A stretch of 63,127 nucleotides of DNA, filler included, from Olpidium bornovanus S191 (taxonomy: Eukaryota; Fungi; Olpidiomycota): assembly GCA_017911155.1 (NCBI GenBank). It is 30 parts of 30 records of this genome, joined end to end, with 100 filler letters (N's around TTAATTAATTAA, not from the genome) between each part and the next. Parts side by side here need not be neighbours in the genome. Positions count along the whole stretch, not along the records: positions 1 to 2,646 come from JAEFCI010003847.1; positions 2,747 to 5,018 come from JAEFCI010012800.1; positions 5,119 to 6,217 come from JAEFCI010002537.1; positions 6,318 to 8,428 come from JAEFCI010011879.1; positions 8,529 to 12,333 come from JAEFCI010008159.1; 25 more parts are not named here. One strand, given 5' to 3'. The notes beneath the pieces were generated by a model. It was not told the DNA's origin and did no database searches. It saw only the letters and a program-made list of their open reading frames with translations. Every line of letters begins with the position of its first letter. Position 1 is the stretch's first letter. Positions 1-10,889 of this stretch are shown piece after piece. Both the position numbers and the translations under genes were made by a program.

Positions 1-9
1 GCGCGGCCC

Positions 10-38
10 CCCCTCTCTCTCTCTCTCTCTCCCTCCCC

Positions 39-89
<51 letters not shown>
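10..89. repeat. (CT)n microsatellite; similar (CT)/(GA) tracts at ~9085-9190, 10473-10624, 21020-21077, 33208-33255
   Basis: Direct inspection. Confidence 0.95.
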
Positions 90-92
<3 letters not shown>

Positions 93-155
93 GCCACACG
101 TGCGCCGTTCTTCGTTCGGCTGAACAGCACCACCGCTCCCTGTCCGTCGTTTTGC

Positions 156-1670
156 GTGATAGCCCGCATGCGACGCCCCGCCGCAGCGGCACCAGCCGTG
201 CCCTCGGCGTCTTCGGGCGCCGCCGTCCTCCCGCTCAAGCTGTACGTGCACGTTGTGCCATCCGCCGCCATCTACTGCGATCGCGTGAGGAATCTGGAGC
301 GCGGCGGCGGGCGCGCGGACTTTGCGGTCGACCAACGGATCGGGGCGACCGCGGCGGCGGAGGACACCGACGCGGAAAAAGAGAACAAGGGCGCCGCCGC
401 GTCCCGCCCGCCGGCCGCGTTAGCCCCCGCGCTCGACTACGACCCGAGCCAGCACGCGAAACTCCTTATGGTGTACTCCGGCGAAGCGGCGACTGTCCGC
501 GACCTAAGGGTGGACGTCCTGGAGAAGTACAAGAGGATCTTTGACAAAGTCCGGTGAGACGATCGTTTCTTTCCTCTTCCCCCCCTCCCCCTACCCCTTC
601 CCCGCGGCTCCTCCGCCCGGCTTCGGTCTGGGAACAATTGGAATCCGAGCAGCGCGTGCGGGGTTCGTACCCCTTCCGACTTTTTTTTTTCTTTGCCCGC
701 GCCCGCGGTACCCCAGCAAAGTGGCGTACATCGACCACGTCTTCGACCGGGACCTCTTCGCCATCGCGGACGAATACCGCCTGCGCGACTGCTTTCGGAA
801 CGGGGACCATGTCGTCGTCATCGGAACGCGCACGCGGATTGTACGCATGCGGAAGTCGCTCGTCACTGCTGACAAGGCGACGCCCGGGCGGCGCGGGATT
901 GTCAAGAAGGAACCCTCGGACAGTAAGGTGCTGGTAGACCTGAACACGAACCGGGAAGCCGAAGACGAGGAGTTGGAATACGAAGCGAACTACAGCGTCC
1001 GCGGAGTTATGGTGGAGGGAACTGTCGACGAGGGAGGAGTTGACGCGGTGGAGGAGGGTGTTTTTCCCGTACGTGCAACAGGACGAATGTTTGAAGGGAA
1101 TGCAAGAGCTTGGGATTGTGAGAATGTCTTGCATTAATCCCTTGTCGCACAGGATGACGGTCGCGCCGATGAGGCAGCAGAGGTCCGTGTTTGTCGTGGG
1201 CTGGACTGCACGCTGCTTGTCGGCGTGCAATTTCGGGATTTCGCGTTTTTACCTTTATATAACTAATTGTGTTTCACCGTTCCGATGTGTTGCCTCTTAC
1301 CTATTGTACCTGCCTTCGTTATCCCGCACACAAACAGAAGACGCGCCCTTTCGCCAGAGCCTCCTTGCAAGGTGACAAAAACGTAAGTTCTACCATATCC
1401 GCTGGAGCGGATCCGGCGAAGAGGAAAGTTGGGTATTATTCTCATCAAACGCGCAAGGTCACGAGCACCACGACACCTGTGGCCAAAGTTCCACGTCGAA
1501 AGAAGCCCAAAGTCATGACCAACGGTGACGCAGAAGAACGTGAGTTTTGGCAGCATGGCGGACCTTCGTCACTCCCAGTTGCCGAAAGGTTGGCATCTTC
1601 TGCCGGGACTTTGATCGCAGCCAAGCCTAAGAAGAAAGCCAAGGCCGCCACAGGCATTCTCCTCACATAA
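156..1670 (+). CDS. Multi-exon protein with an N-terminal Net1/Tof2/Dnt1-like Cdc14-binding (Cytokin_check_N-like) domain and a Lys-rich C-terminus
   Basis: GT-AG intron 554-716 joins KLYVHVVPS...KLLMVYSGEAATVRDLRVDVLEKYKRIFDKVR to KVAYIDHVFDRDLFAIADEYRLRDCFRNGDHVVVIG. The layout resembles Net1 KLQVVLVPP...KFLLFTKPTNTLLNLSDEIIDKCEKMYP...DLDPDFLVKDVFNVNNIVRVI. Later exons are approximate. Confidence 0.5.
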
Positions 1671-2119
1671 TAGTATCATGTCTTTGTGCCGGACACTTTA
1701 CTTGCTGGTGTTCTTGGGATATTGTTTGATTTGACCTTTATGTTGTGTCATTTGCTTGCGGTGAGGCGCTTGTTGATTTTCATCCCTGCCTAAGCAATAG
1801 CAGACCTTCAGAGATCCATTTTGCAGCGGAGGCATCAGGCATCATGTTAATGCATGTCATCCAGAATTAATTGCTGGCAAATCTCTCAACATTATATCGA
1901 ACGTTTTGATTCTTCGATTGGTAGACGTCAAGCCAACCACCGTAATTTCAAACAGTTTCTTCGTTGACAGAGGGCGGGAATCTGGCAAAGACGCATTTTG
2001 GGAAGAAGTGCAGATCTTCCCAGATTCGGCATCTGTCGGTTTCAGGCCATTTTCAGCCTGAACATGCATTATTTCTTGTGCTGCACACAGCTCTTCCGCG
2101 GAACAAGTTTCCGCGGGAA

Positions 2120-2515
2120 CGGCCCCGGCGAAGAGGAAAGTCGGGAATTACGCCCTTTGGCATACGGACCCGGCGAAAAGGAAAGTCGGGAATTACGCCC
2201 TTTGGCATACGGACCCGGCGAAGAGGAAAGTCGGGAATTATGCCCTTTGGAATCAAACGCGCAAGGTTGCGAGCGTCATGGCACCCTGGCCAAAGCTCCA
2301 CATTGGAAGAAGTCCAAAATCCTGGCCATCGTTGAGATGGACGAGCGTGAGTTTGACAGCACGGTGGACCTGCGCTCCCGTTCACCGAGGGATGGGCCGG
2401 GACATTGATCGCAACCAAGCAGCCTAGGATGAAAGCTCAGGTCGCTGGAGGGAAAGTGTCGTGCCGAAGACACTTTGTCGGCTGCTGTTCTCGGGATATT
2501 GTTTGATTTGCCGGA
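2120..2515 (+). repeat. Degenerate duplicate of the last exon and 3' flank of the upstream gene, with a 3 x 45-bp tandem array (~2120-2255)
   Basis: ccggcgaagaggaaagt...atcaaacgcgcaaggt...gggatattgtttgatttg matches 1403-1733; the CCGGCG unit starts at 2125, 2170 and 2215. Confidence 0.85.
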
Positions 2516-2761
2516 GATTGACCTGCATGCTTGGGTGCAAAGAGATTGCGGTTGCTCAAGCAAGGATGAGTGTCGATAAAGTCTTTGAATGCGCCACCAG
2601 GGACCAAATTCAGCCACTGTGTTGAGCCCGGTTGACGCACGTCACCNNNNNNNNNNNNNNNNNNNNNNNNNNNNNNNNNNNNNNNNNNNNTTAATTAATT
2701 AANNNNNNNNNNNNNNNNNNNNNNNNNNNNNNNNNNNNNNNNNNNNCATGAATCGAAGCGG

Positions 2762-3313
2762 CTAGGCCGCGGCCAACGGTAATGTTACCAGGAACATCTT
2801 TGGCTCTGCTGTCGTCAACCAGCATTGGTGTCGGCGACTGGTGTGAACAGCGTTGTTCCTCGCGGACGGGACATTCTCAATGTCGCCGGTAGTCAAAGGC
2901 TCTTCGACGTTAGGGACTGGCGCAGCAACACGGCTGAACTGCAAGGGAAATTCAGGCTTTATGGCCTGTAAGTGCGGCGGGCGCATCGGCGTCAACGGCG
3001 ATGGTGTTCGAAGGGGAGTGTCCAGGACCTCGATGATGGTCTTGGCCATTCCGCGAGTGTTTGCATCAAGTGTGCTATCTCTGGTCGCTTCCACCAGGAG
3101 GTTGCCGAATCGACGAAAGTCACGCATCCAGTTGGCGACGGACGACTGGCGTGTGGCTCGCTCGGTTTTAATCTTGACGTCTTCTGGTGCAAAGTTGAGT
3201 GCTCCACCAGGTTGGCTCTCCATAGTATTTTGCTGCACGGCAGTAACGAGCTCCTCACGTGAGGGTTCGCTCTGGTCACCTGTGGCCTGACCGGTAGACT
3301 GAACGTCAGTCAT
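2762..3313 (-). CDS. Hypothetical protein (183 aa ORF, no family recognised)
   Basis: Open ATG-started frame of non-low-complexity sequence; no motif recognised. Confidence 0.3.
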   Translation of the reverse strand: MTDVQSTGQATGDQSEPSREELVTAVQQNTMESQPGGALNFAPEDVKIKTERATRQSSVANWMRDFRRFGNLLVEATRDSTLDANTRGMAKTIIEVLDTPLRTPSPLTPMRPPHLQAIKPEFPLQFSRVAAPVPNVEEPLTTGDIENVPSARNNAVHTSRRHQCWLTTAEPKMFLVTLPLAAA

Positions 3314-5683
3314 GGTGGGCTTGAGACACGGAAAAATTATTGGTGAGAATGGTCAGGTGACGGCAGAAATGGCAACGGGGCGGTAACGACGAGGCGGCGC
3401 GGTGGCGACGAACGGCTGCGCGGCGGAAGCACGACGGCGGGGTTGCAAAGGCGGCGCACACCGGAGTTGCGACGGCGGCGTGCGGCGGAGAGGCGACGGC
3501 GGAAGGCGCTGCAGCAGAGGGCGGCGCGCAGCGGGGGCGCGACGGCGGGGATGACGGCGGCGCGGCGGGGAGCAACGGCGGAAGGGGCGTGACCAAAGGA
3601 GTGTGCGCTCGGCGGCTTGGGGGCGGGCGACGCGGCGAAAACGGCGAAGGGGAGAGCGGCGCGCGGCGACGGCGGGGATGCCGCGGCAGAGGACGACGGG
3701 GCAAAGGGTCTGCCGCGGCGACGGCGGATATGCTGCACGGCGAAAAGTTAGGGGAGACGTCGATTCTCCACCCCCGCGAATGCGTCCCCCCACCACACAC
3801 GCACACACACATACACACAAGCGCCTCGGCCTAAAATTTCGCCATTTACCCCGGAATTTTCCCACTGGAAAAAGCTGGGGAATAAGCCAAAAGGAAACAC
3901 ACCCCTGTTTCATTCTGGCTTTAATTGGTTAAGATACAGGATTTTAGAGAGATAGCTCACGCGTAACTCATCCCTGTATCTTGGTTACTCTCAAGTATTA
4001 TGCCCGAAGAACACATCCATATAGTGAAAGCTCTCAAGAAAGCATATGTATGGTACAAGTCATTTGGACATTGTATCATTATCCAATTGCGAACTAGTAA
4101 ATAAAATATGTTCCACAACGACTAGGGAATGAGGTGCACGGAAAGTCAAATCTCCCCCATGCTTCATGATCGTAACCAACTTGAGCCAATTTACCTGTGT
4201 TTGAAAGTGCTGAATAAATTGCATTAAATACACATATTCATGTTTCAGTAGAATATCAGGAAGCTATAACATAACGCATTTCTTCGTTGACTTTATTTTC
4301 CCTCAAGCGGCTCAAGCGCCTCAAGCGCCACAAGCGCGTTGGAGGCACCCGCGATATCTCCCAGCAAGATGGGGATCGTGCCACGGGCTATCGCAACCGA
4401 CAAACCTCATTATTGCACTTATCCGATATTTGTCATTATCATCGAGATTGCCGACACTTTGTGCGCTGCGTACAGATAATCAGCCAGGTCACGGGTGCGC
4501 CCGACTCCACCCATGGGTGGGGGCGTCGTCCTCGCTCCGTGTTGCCGTCGCATGCGTGTCGTCATCCCCAAGGCGCGTGAGCGCCCCTGTTCGGACGGGG
4601 CTCACGCAATAAGGGGCCGCAAAGAATGTTTTTCTGGCCTTATTGTGTGCGCATGCGTCAGGACCTTTGGCCGCGGGGTCGGCACGTCATATTGGAAGGG
4701 AATTCCCTTGTCCGGCCGCCGCCCGCCCGCCCGCCCGAGACATTCCAGTCCAGAGGAGGCTGGCCGGCGGCACGTTCCAGCCCCCGCAGATGGCCACGGT
4801 CGACCGCGACGTTTAAAACAGGCGTCAGGTCTGCGGTTCCCCACCGTGCTGCCCCTAAGCCCGGCATACATTTTGGAAATTGGCGGAGGTCCACGGACAT
4901 GGGGGGGCTTGTCGTGGGCTGTGGGGCCGGCCTTGGCCATTTTCATTTGGCTGCGCGACGGCGGTTTGGGGCCAATGTAAAGGGCCGGGGACGTTCGGGA
5001 TGGCGAAGGAGAGGATTANNNNNNNNNNNNNNNNNNNNNNNNNNNNNNNNNNNNNNNNNNNNTTAATTAATTAANNNNNNNNNNNNNNNNNNNNNNNNNN
5101 NNNNNNNNNNNNNNNNNNCATGAAAAATCTCCCCGTTTTTTTTTTTTTGGAGCAAAACTCCAATATCCCACCGGATCCAGCGCAAAACCCGCGCCCGCGT
5201 TGAATTGTCTCCAGCCCTGTGCCAGTTGACCGCCCAACCGCCGCAGTGCAAGTGGCGCGGTGGATTGAAGTAGAGGACCCTCCCAAGGGCGCACTCCGCC
5301 CCCCAGCCCCGGCGTTTGCCGCGTCGGGATTCTTCCGGGGTGTTTCGGTGCGCGCAGACGCAAAGCGCTTTCCCCTCGTGCGATGCGTGTGGCCCGCTTG
5401 GCAACCTCCGAGACCCGCGCTCCTTTCCCCTTTGCGGGACCCGCCCCTTGCGCGCCTTCCACCCCGCAGACCCGCGCACACACGCGGCCCCCGTTTTTTC
5501 CCGCCTTGCCCCCCAGCCAGGCCCAAGCGGTCAGAAGCACGCGTGCGCGAAAAATAGCCAGAGTCGCGGATCGCAGAGGGGCGCGTCCACTGGTCGCTCC
5601 CGGCTTGCCAAGGGGTCCGTTTTGGGCTTCGCCGCGAGGGATAGCGCGTCCCTGGTCCATCCGGGAACGCCCAGCTTCAGCAC

Positions 5684-6111
5684 ATGCTTTGGCAGGCCGG
5701 ACTCCGGGGAGAGCCTGCCGGACGCAGGGAAGCGGCATGCACGTTCGCTGTCACGACGCGGCGGCGCCCTCCGCTATTAGGTCGTTTCCCGGCGGGAGTT
5801 ATTTGGAAATATGTCGGGAAGCACCCTCGGCCGTCTGGGGGCGCCTGGACATCCCTTGGCTTGCTACTCCTCGTGGCGCTCTTCCCTTCTGCCGCCTCCG
5901 CCTTTTACATTCCCGGCCTGAGCCCCAAGGCGTACCAGGACAACGAGCGTGTCCCCCTCCAGGTCAACAAGTTCAGTAGCGACGTGACGCCGCTGCCCTT
6001 CGCGTATTACGACATGGGCTTCGTGTGTACGCCGAAGGACGGGGTGCGGCACGCGGTGCTGAACCTTGGCGAGATCTTGCAGGGTGATCGGATCCTGAAC
6101 TCGGACTACGA
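5684..6111 (+). CDS. TM9SF: Nonaspanin / TM9SF (Emp70 family), 5' part
   Basis: Signal peptide followed by FYIPGLSPKAY...PLQVNKFSSDVTPLPFAYYDMGFVC...LNLGEILQGDRILNSDYE, then a GTTTGT donor. The exact start codon is uncertain. Confidence 0.9.
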
Positions 6112-6317
6112 GGTTTGTGGTAGTAGTGCTTTTTCCGCGGTGTCGACGTTCCGTGGTTCTGGAGACCACGGGCACGCTGAGAAAGCTCGGAACGTGGGGG
6201 GGGGGGGGGGTTTCGCGNNNNNNNNNNNNNNNNNNNNNNNNNNNNNNNNNNNNNNNNNNNNTTAATTAATTAANNNNNNNNNNNNNNNNNNNNNNNNNNN
6301 NNNNNNNNNNNNNNNNN

Positions 6318-6690
6318 CCATGCCCGCTTGGTTGCATCCCCGGCGTCGTACTGTATTGCGAGCTCCTTACCACACACGGGAGCATTTGGTCTTCCGGCGA
6401 GGCACCGGATGTATGTATGTGTATACGCACTTCATTGCTTCAACAATGCTGACTGTCCAGGGCAGCTGGCCACCTCACGTGGTAACACTCACAAGTCTGC
6501 TGCTCTTTCTGATAATTTTCACGGATTTGGAACGAAATGTTTTGTCATTTGTATATCCCAAGTACCAGTCCAGGATATGCTCCTATCACTTTAAAAATGA
6601 CTGCAGGTTGCCGTCTATATCATATGGTCGCTTTGACACACCGCGTGTTGACAGTTCTTGGAAATGAACGTCTACTATTCTCACACGGCT
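6318..6690 (+). CDS. 3' end of an unidentified multi-exon gene
   Basis: Three short GT-AG intron candidates (6411-6460, 6482-6568, ~6608-6655); all three frames give short plausible ends and none is recognised. Confidence 0.3.
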
Positions 6691-7029
6691 AAGGACCCTG
6701 GTAAAACGGCGTCCGTTCGTGCGGCTTGGAACCATTTACTTCCCAATTCGGGATGAACGTACAACCCCGCACTTCACCAATGCCAAAAAATTCAGTTCAG
6801 AAACCGCTCTAAAGGGACTTCGCCACGACCTCCCAATTTTGATTGTTAATACGGCAGATGGTAGCAATTCTGGCAGGATTTCCAAAAAGATGCAGTGTCC
6901 TGCGTGTGGCAAGATGCGTGCCGCAATAACCGCGTGCCTGGTTCGAAGATTATTTTCCCTATTTTGTGATGCCTGAAAAACGGAATGTGTCCGCTCAATG
7001 AGTTCCTCTACCAGATACACGGTCTTCGC

Positions 7030-8301
7030 CTAGAAAGACACTGACATACCGATGACACCGCAGGCAAGGCGTCCACCTGTAATTGTTGGCAAATGGCGTG
7101 CGGAGCCCGCGTAAACAACGCCGTTTCCGCGCAACAGGAATTAAGACCTGGTAACCCACCAGCATGTCCGGTCATCAGCGAATCTTCATGGCCACCCTTG
7201 CCGTAGTCATCCTCGCCTTCATGAACGACAACGCATCGTCTGCAATGCAAACCAGAGGAGGTTTGAAAACGTTTGGCATACTAGCGTTTTTATTTCTACC
7301 GCCGCCGTGCCCCGCCTCTCAGCTCTAGTGGATATCAATTCTTAAAAGCGCGTACCCGATAATGCTGAGGGGACCGAAAAGCGTGAGATGGCTGTCAACG
7401 AGCGACAACGTGGCAGAACTATCGGGGCTCGCTGTAATGTTGCCGAGGTCGCCAACCTGAAACAGCCAAAAGATATGAGAGCAGTCACTCAAAAAAAGCA
7501 GTGCGCGGCAGTATTCCAAGCGCCACAGGTAAGGCCGAGACGGTATAACCGGCAGCACCCTGGATGACTCCGCGCACAGCCCGGGGACTGGCTTACGTGA
7601 CGGTCGGTATCCTCGGGACCACCGTGCGTCCGGGAATGAGGGTTAAAGTGGCCGCCTGCTGAAGTGCAACCTGCCAGAGAAGATCGGGCGCACCGAGTCA
7701 GAAACAACTGTATGAACCCGAGTCGCCAACATCCGGCCCGATCGCCAACGCGCCGGCCCCGGCTCAGGCCTGATTTGGGCCGGGACGGGAAAAAACGCAG
7801 CAAGTTGCCGACGGCAAAAAGAAGGGGAAAGCTGCACCGTTGGTGTTGTCGCCAAACTCGCTTGTTACGGCAAAGCGCACGGAGATGCGGCGAACCAGGC
7901 GGGAGGTGGGCGTCAGCGCACAGGGTTTTGGACGTTTTTTTTTCCCCCGCGAGGCGCAGGGCCAAAAAGCAACAAGAAAAAAAATAAATCTCCGAGCCCA
8001 TTCACGAGGCCGCGCGAAGAAAAGCGGGCGGGACCGCCGGAAGTGGGGGTGGAGCCCCAAACGCTACGACGGACGCGGAACGCGGATGCGCCACGTTCGT
8101 TTTTTCCGCAAAAACCGCGGCGGCCGTTTCAATAACGTGTTTTTTCTTTTCACTCAACTGGATGTGGAAGCCGTGCTTCCCCGGCTTGAGCCCGCTGAAC
8201 TGGGCCTCCACCTTGACGGGAACGGACTGGTCCTCCTGGGTGAACCTGACGGTCCCGGAGAGCTCGCCCTCGCCCTTGAGCACAGCGACGGCGACGACCA
8301 T
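7030..8301 (-). CDS. SOD1: Cu/Zn superoxide dismutase, about 6 exons
   Basis: Exons read [10 protein letters not shown]...GKHGFHIH / EFGDNTNG / [24 protein letters not shown] / VGDLGN...SIIG / [27 protein letters not shown] / GRLACGVIG. All metal ligands are present. Confidence 0.97.
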
Positions 8302-8384
8302 GGTCTTTTTTTGTTTACTTCTTTTTCTGTCTGTTTCGTTCGTGTTGTGCTTGTCAAACGGAAATTTTATTGGCGGTCGGTGGC

Positions 8385-8422
<38 letters not shown>

Positions 8423-9090
8423 GGGGGGNNNNNNNNNNNNNNNNNNNNNNNNNNNNNNNNNNNNNNNNNNNNTTAATTAATTAANNNNNNNNNNNNNNNN
8501 NNNNNNNNNNNNNNNNNNNNNNNNNNNNCATGACAGTGGCTTGTAGTTCGAAAAGGCCGGGATCAACCTGTTGGCGCGAAATGCTCCAGCAAGGGCAGGG
8601 CTCCACAACAGTTCTCGGGCTCGCATATGTGTGTCAGCGGCAACGGGCCGCAGTTGTTCAATTTGAACAGACTTGTACAACCGTAAAGCCGGTCTCTTGA
8701 CGACGAAGCGCAAAGCGCCCTCCGGGCAAGCGAGTTTCTCGGTCTGCCTTCCATCATCGAAGAGCATTTAGTAAATATGCCGGCGCAGAGGCGGGTAAGC
8801 CGCGCTCCCTGCCAGCAGCGGCAGCGTCGTGAGAAAGGGCAGATGGGGGAGCGGGGGGTGGAGGTGGGGGGAGGGAGGGGGAGGTGGCCCGCAAAGGGCA
8901 CGGGTAGGCTTGGACGTTGCGTTGCCCGGACGGCGAGGGGGGGCGGGAAGGGAAACGCGTCCGCGAAATGAAAACATTCCCACAGCTTGTTGTTGACGAA
9001 GGGAGCGTGGAACACTCACCCCAAAGCGGAAAGACCGGCGGAAACCCCGCGGCCTGACCGCCCTTCCCCCCCATCCCTTTTTCCCTCTTC

Positions 9091-9179
<89 letters not shown>

Positions 9180-9256
9180 CTCTCTCTCTCCCATCTCTTG
9201 ACCCGCCCTCCTCCTGCCCGCTCCTTTTTTAATATAAAAAAAAATAAAAGAAAAAA

Positions 9257-10183
9257 ATGTGGAAATCCACCGTCGGGCACGAGGACAAACTGAAGGCGGC
9301 GGGGCTTGGAGCCGGCAGCGCCGCCGGCGCCGCCGCCGATGACAACGACGATTGGAAGACCGGTGCGTCAACACAAAATAAACAGAAAGCCCGCCCCCCG
9401 CCCCCTTCCACGCACGCCCGCAGGCACTCGCTTGAAAACGCCTCTCGGGGCTTCCCCTCCCCTCCCCTTCCTTTCCCGCGCAGACGCGAACTTCGTCAAC
9501 GACGTGTCGGAGAAGGAAACCCGCTGGGGCAGCAAGGGCGTGCCAGGATCAGGCCGGGACGACGAGAAGGTGAACTTGCAAGGTAATGTAAACGATATGC
9601 GCCCCCCCCCCCTCCCCCGCACCAAACGCGCACGCGGAAAACGAAACTTTACTATTATAGCATCGTCACTATGATTTTGTCCCTCCCCCACCCCCGGACG
9701 TCCGTCCGCTTTTGATTCTGCTTCTTGTGCGTGCTATTTTTATTTTATTTTTCCTGGGAAAAACCAAAATACAACGGGCGCGGGTGCGGCGGGCGTGCGG
9801 GCGGCCTCACCCCCCGGCTTCCCCCAACCCTCAGAGCTTGCCAAAAAGGTCATTTCGGAGCACGAAGCGGCCGTGAAGAACGAGTACCACAGCAAACCCA
9901 ACTTCAGCACCGGCTACGGCGGCAAGTTTGGAGTGCAAACCGACCGTCTGGACAAGGTTAGGACACTTCTGGCCACCGCTCCCTCACCTCTCCTCGCTCC
10001 CTGCGCCTCCCTACCCGGATCAGAAGCAACCCGATGGGGCATGAAAGCATTTTTTTTCCTCCCTTTTCTTCCCCCCCCCCCCCCGTTCCCCCCCCCCCCC
10101 CCTTCTTTCACCTCCGCCCGAAATCTTTTTCGCAGGCCGCGCTGCACGGCGACTCGGAGCAAAAGCCGGCGCCGCAACCGTAG
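9257..10183 (+). CDS. Short cortactin/HS1-like protein (~124 aa: NTA region + one cortactin repeat, no SH3)
   Basis: Exons 9257-9362, 9484-9582, 9835-9956, 10136-10183 give MWKSTVGH...[29 protein letters not shown]...GYGGKFGVQTDRLDKAA...QP*, matching the cortactin N-terminus (MWKASAGH...[23 protein letters not shown]...GYGGKFGVEQDRMDKSA). Confidence 0.92.
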
Positions 10184-10472
10184 GCCGAGGTTTGGCGTTC
10201 CGTCGCCGGTTGTCGCCGCCGGCGGCGCGGCCCGCCGAGGCGTGCGCTCGTCCGTTCCCACGGGACCCGAGGAGGCGGAGGGAGGTGTGGCGGGCTCGTA
10301 ACCCATTTCATTTTCTTAAAACAAAAAAGTTGAGGCTTGGGGGTTGTTTTTTTTTTTTTTTTTTTTTTCGTTTGGTTTGTGGTGTTTGTTGTCGCGTGTC
10401 AAACAAAAGTGTGCGAGAACAGGCAAATAAAACCGTTCTCGGAGGGGCTTTGAAAAAGAAGGCGGGTGCAAA

Positions 10473-10504
<32 letters not shown>

Positions 10505-10514
10505 GGACAGACAC

Positions 10515-10557
<43 letters not shown>

Positions 10558-10889
10558 CGGAGAGAGGAGAGAGCGAGACTGAGAGAGCAGATAGAGAGAG
10601 AGACAGCGGAGAGAGAGAGAGAGAAGGATAAAGTGGTCTTAACAGGAACTCTCCTCCTGGCCGCTGCTGCCTGCCGCCGCCGCCGCCTCTCTCGCCGCCC
10701 TTCCCCCCCGCCGCCGCCACCCGCGCACTCCGGGTGCGAATTGCGCGCGTGGCTTCACACACCTTCCCCACACACCCACGCGCACACACACTCGCGCGCG
10801 CGCACACTCACTCTCACTCATCACTCTTTCTCTCTCTCTCACTCGCGTACGCCCGCAGCTGATCTCTTTGCTCTCGTCCCTCCGCCCGC

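Noticed and set aside
6860-6920. ILPHAGHCIFLE on the minus strand as an alpha/beta-hydrolase His motif
   Set aside because: Isolated, directly downstream of SOD1, with no other hydrolase motifs.
7150-7170. SOD1 TGHAG instead of TGNAG as a novel enzyme type
   Set aside because: All metal ligands and the catalytic Arg are intact; a single substitution is within normal family variation.
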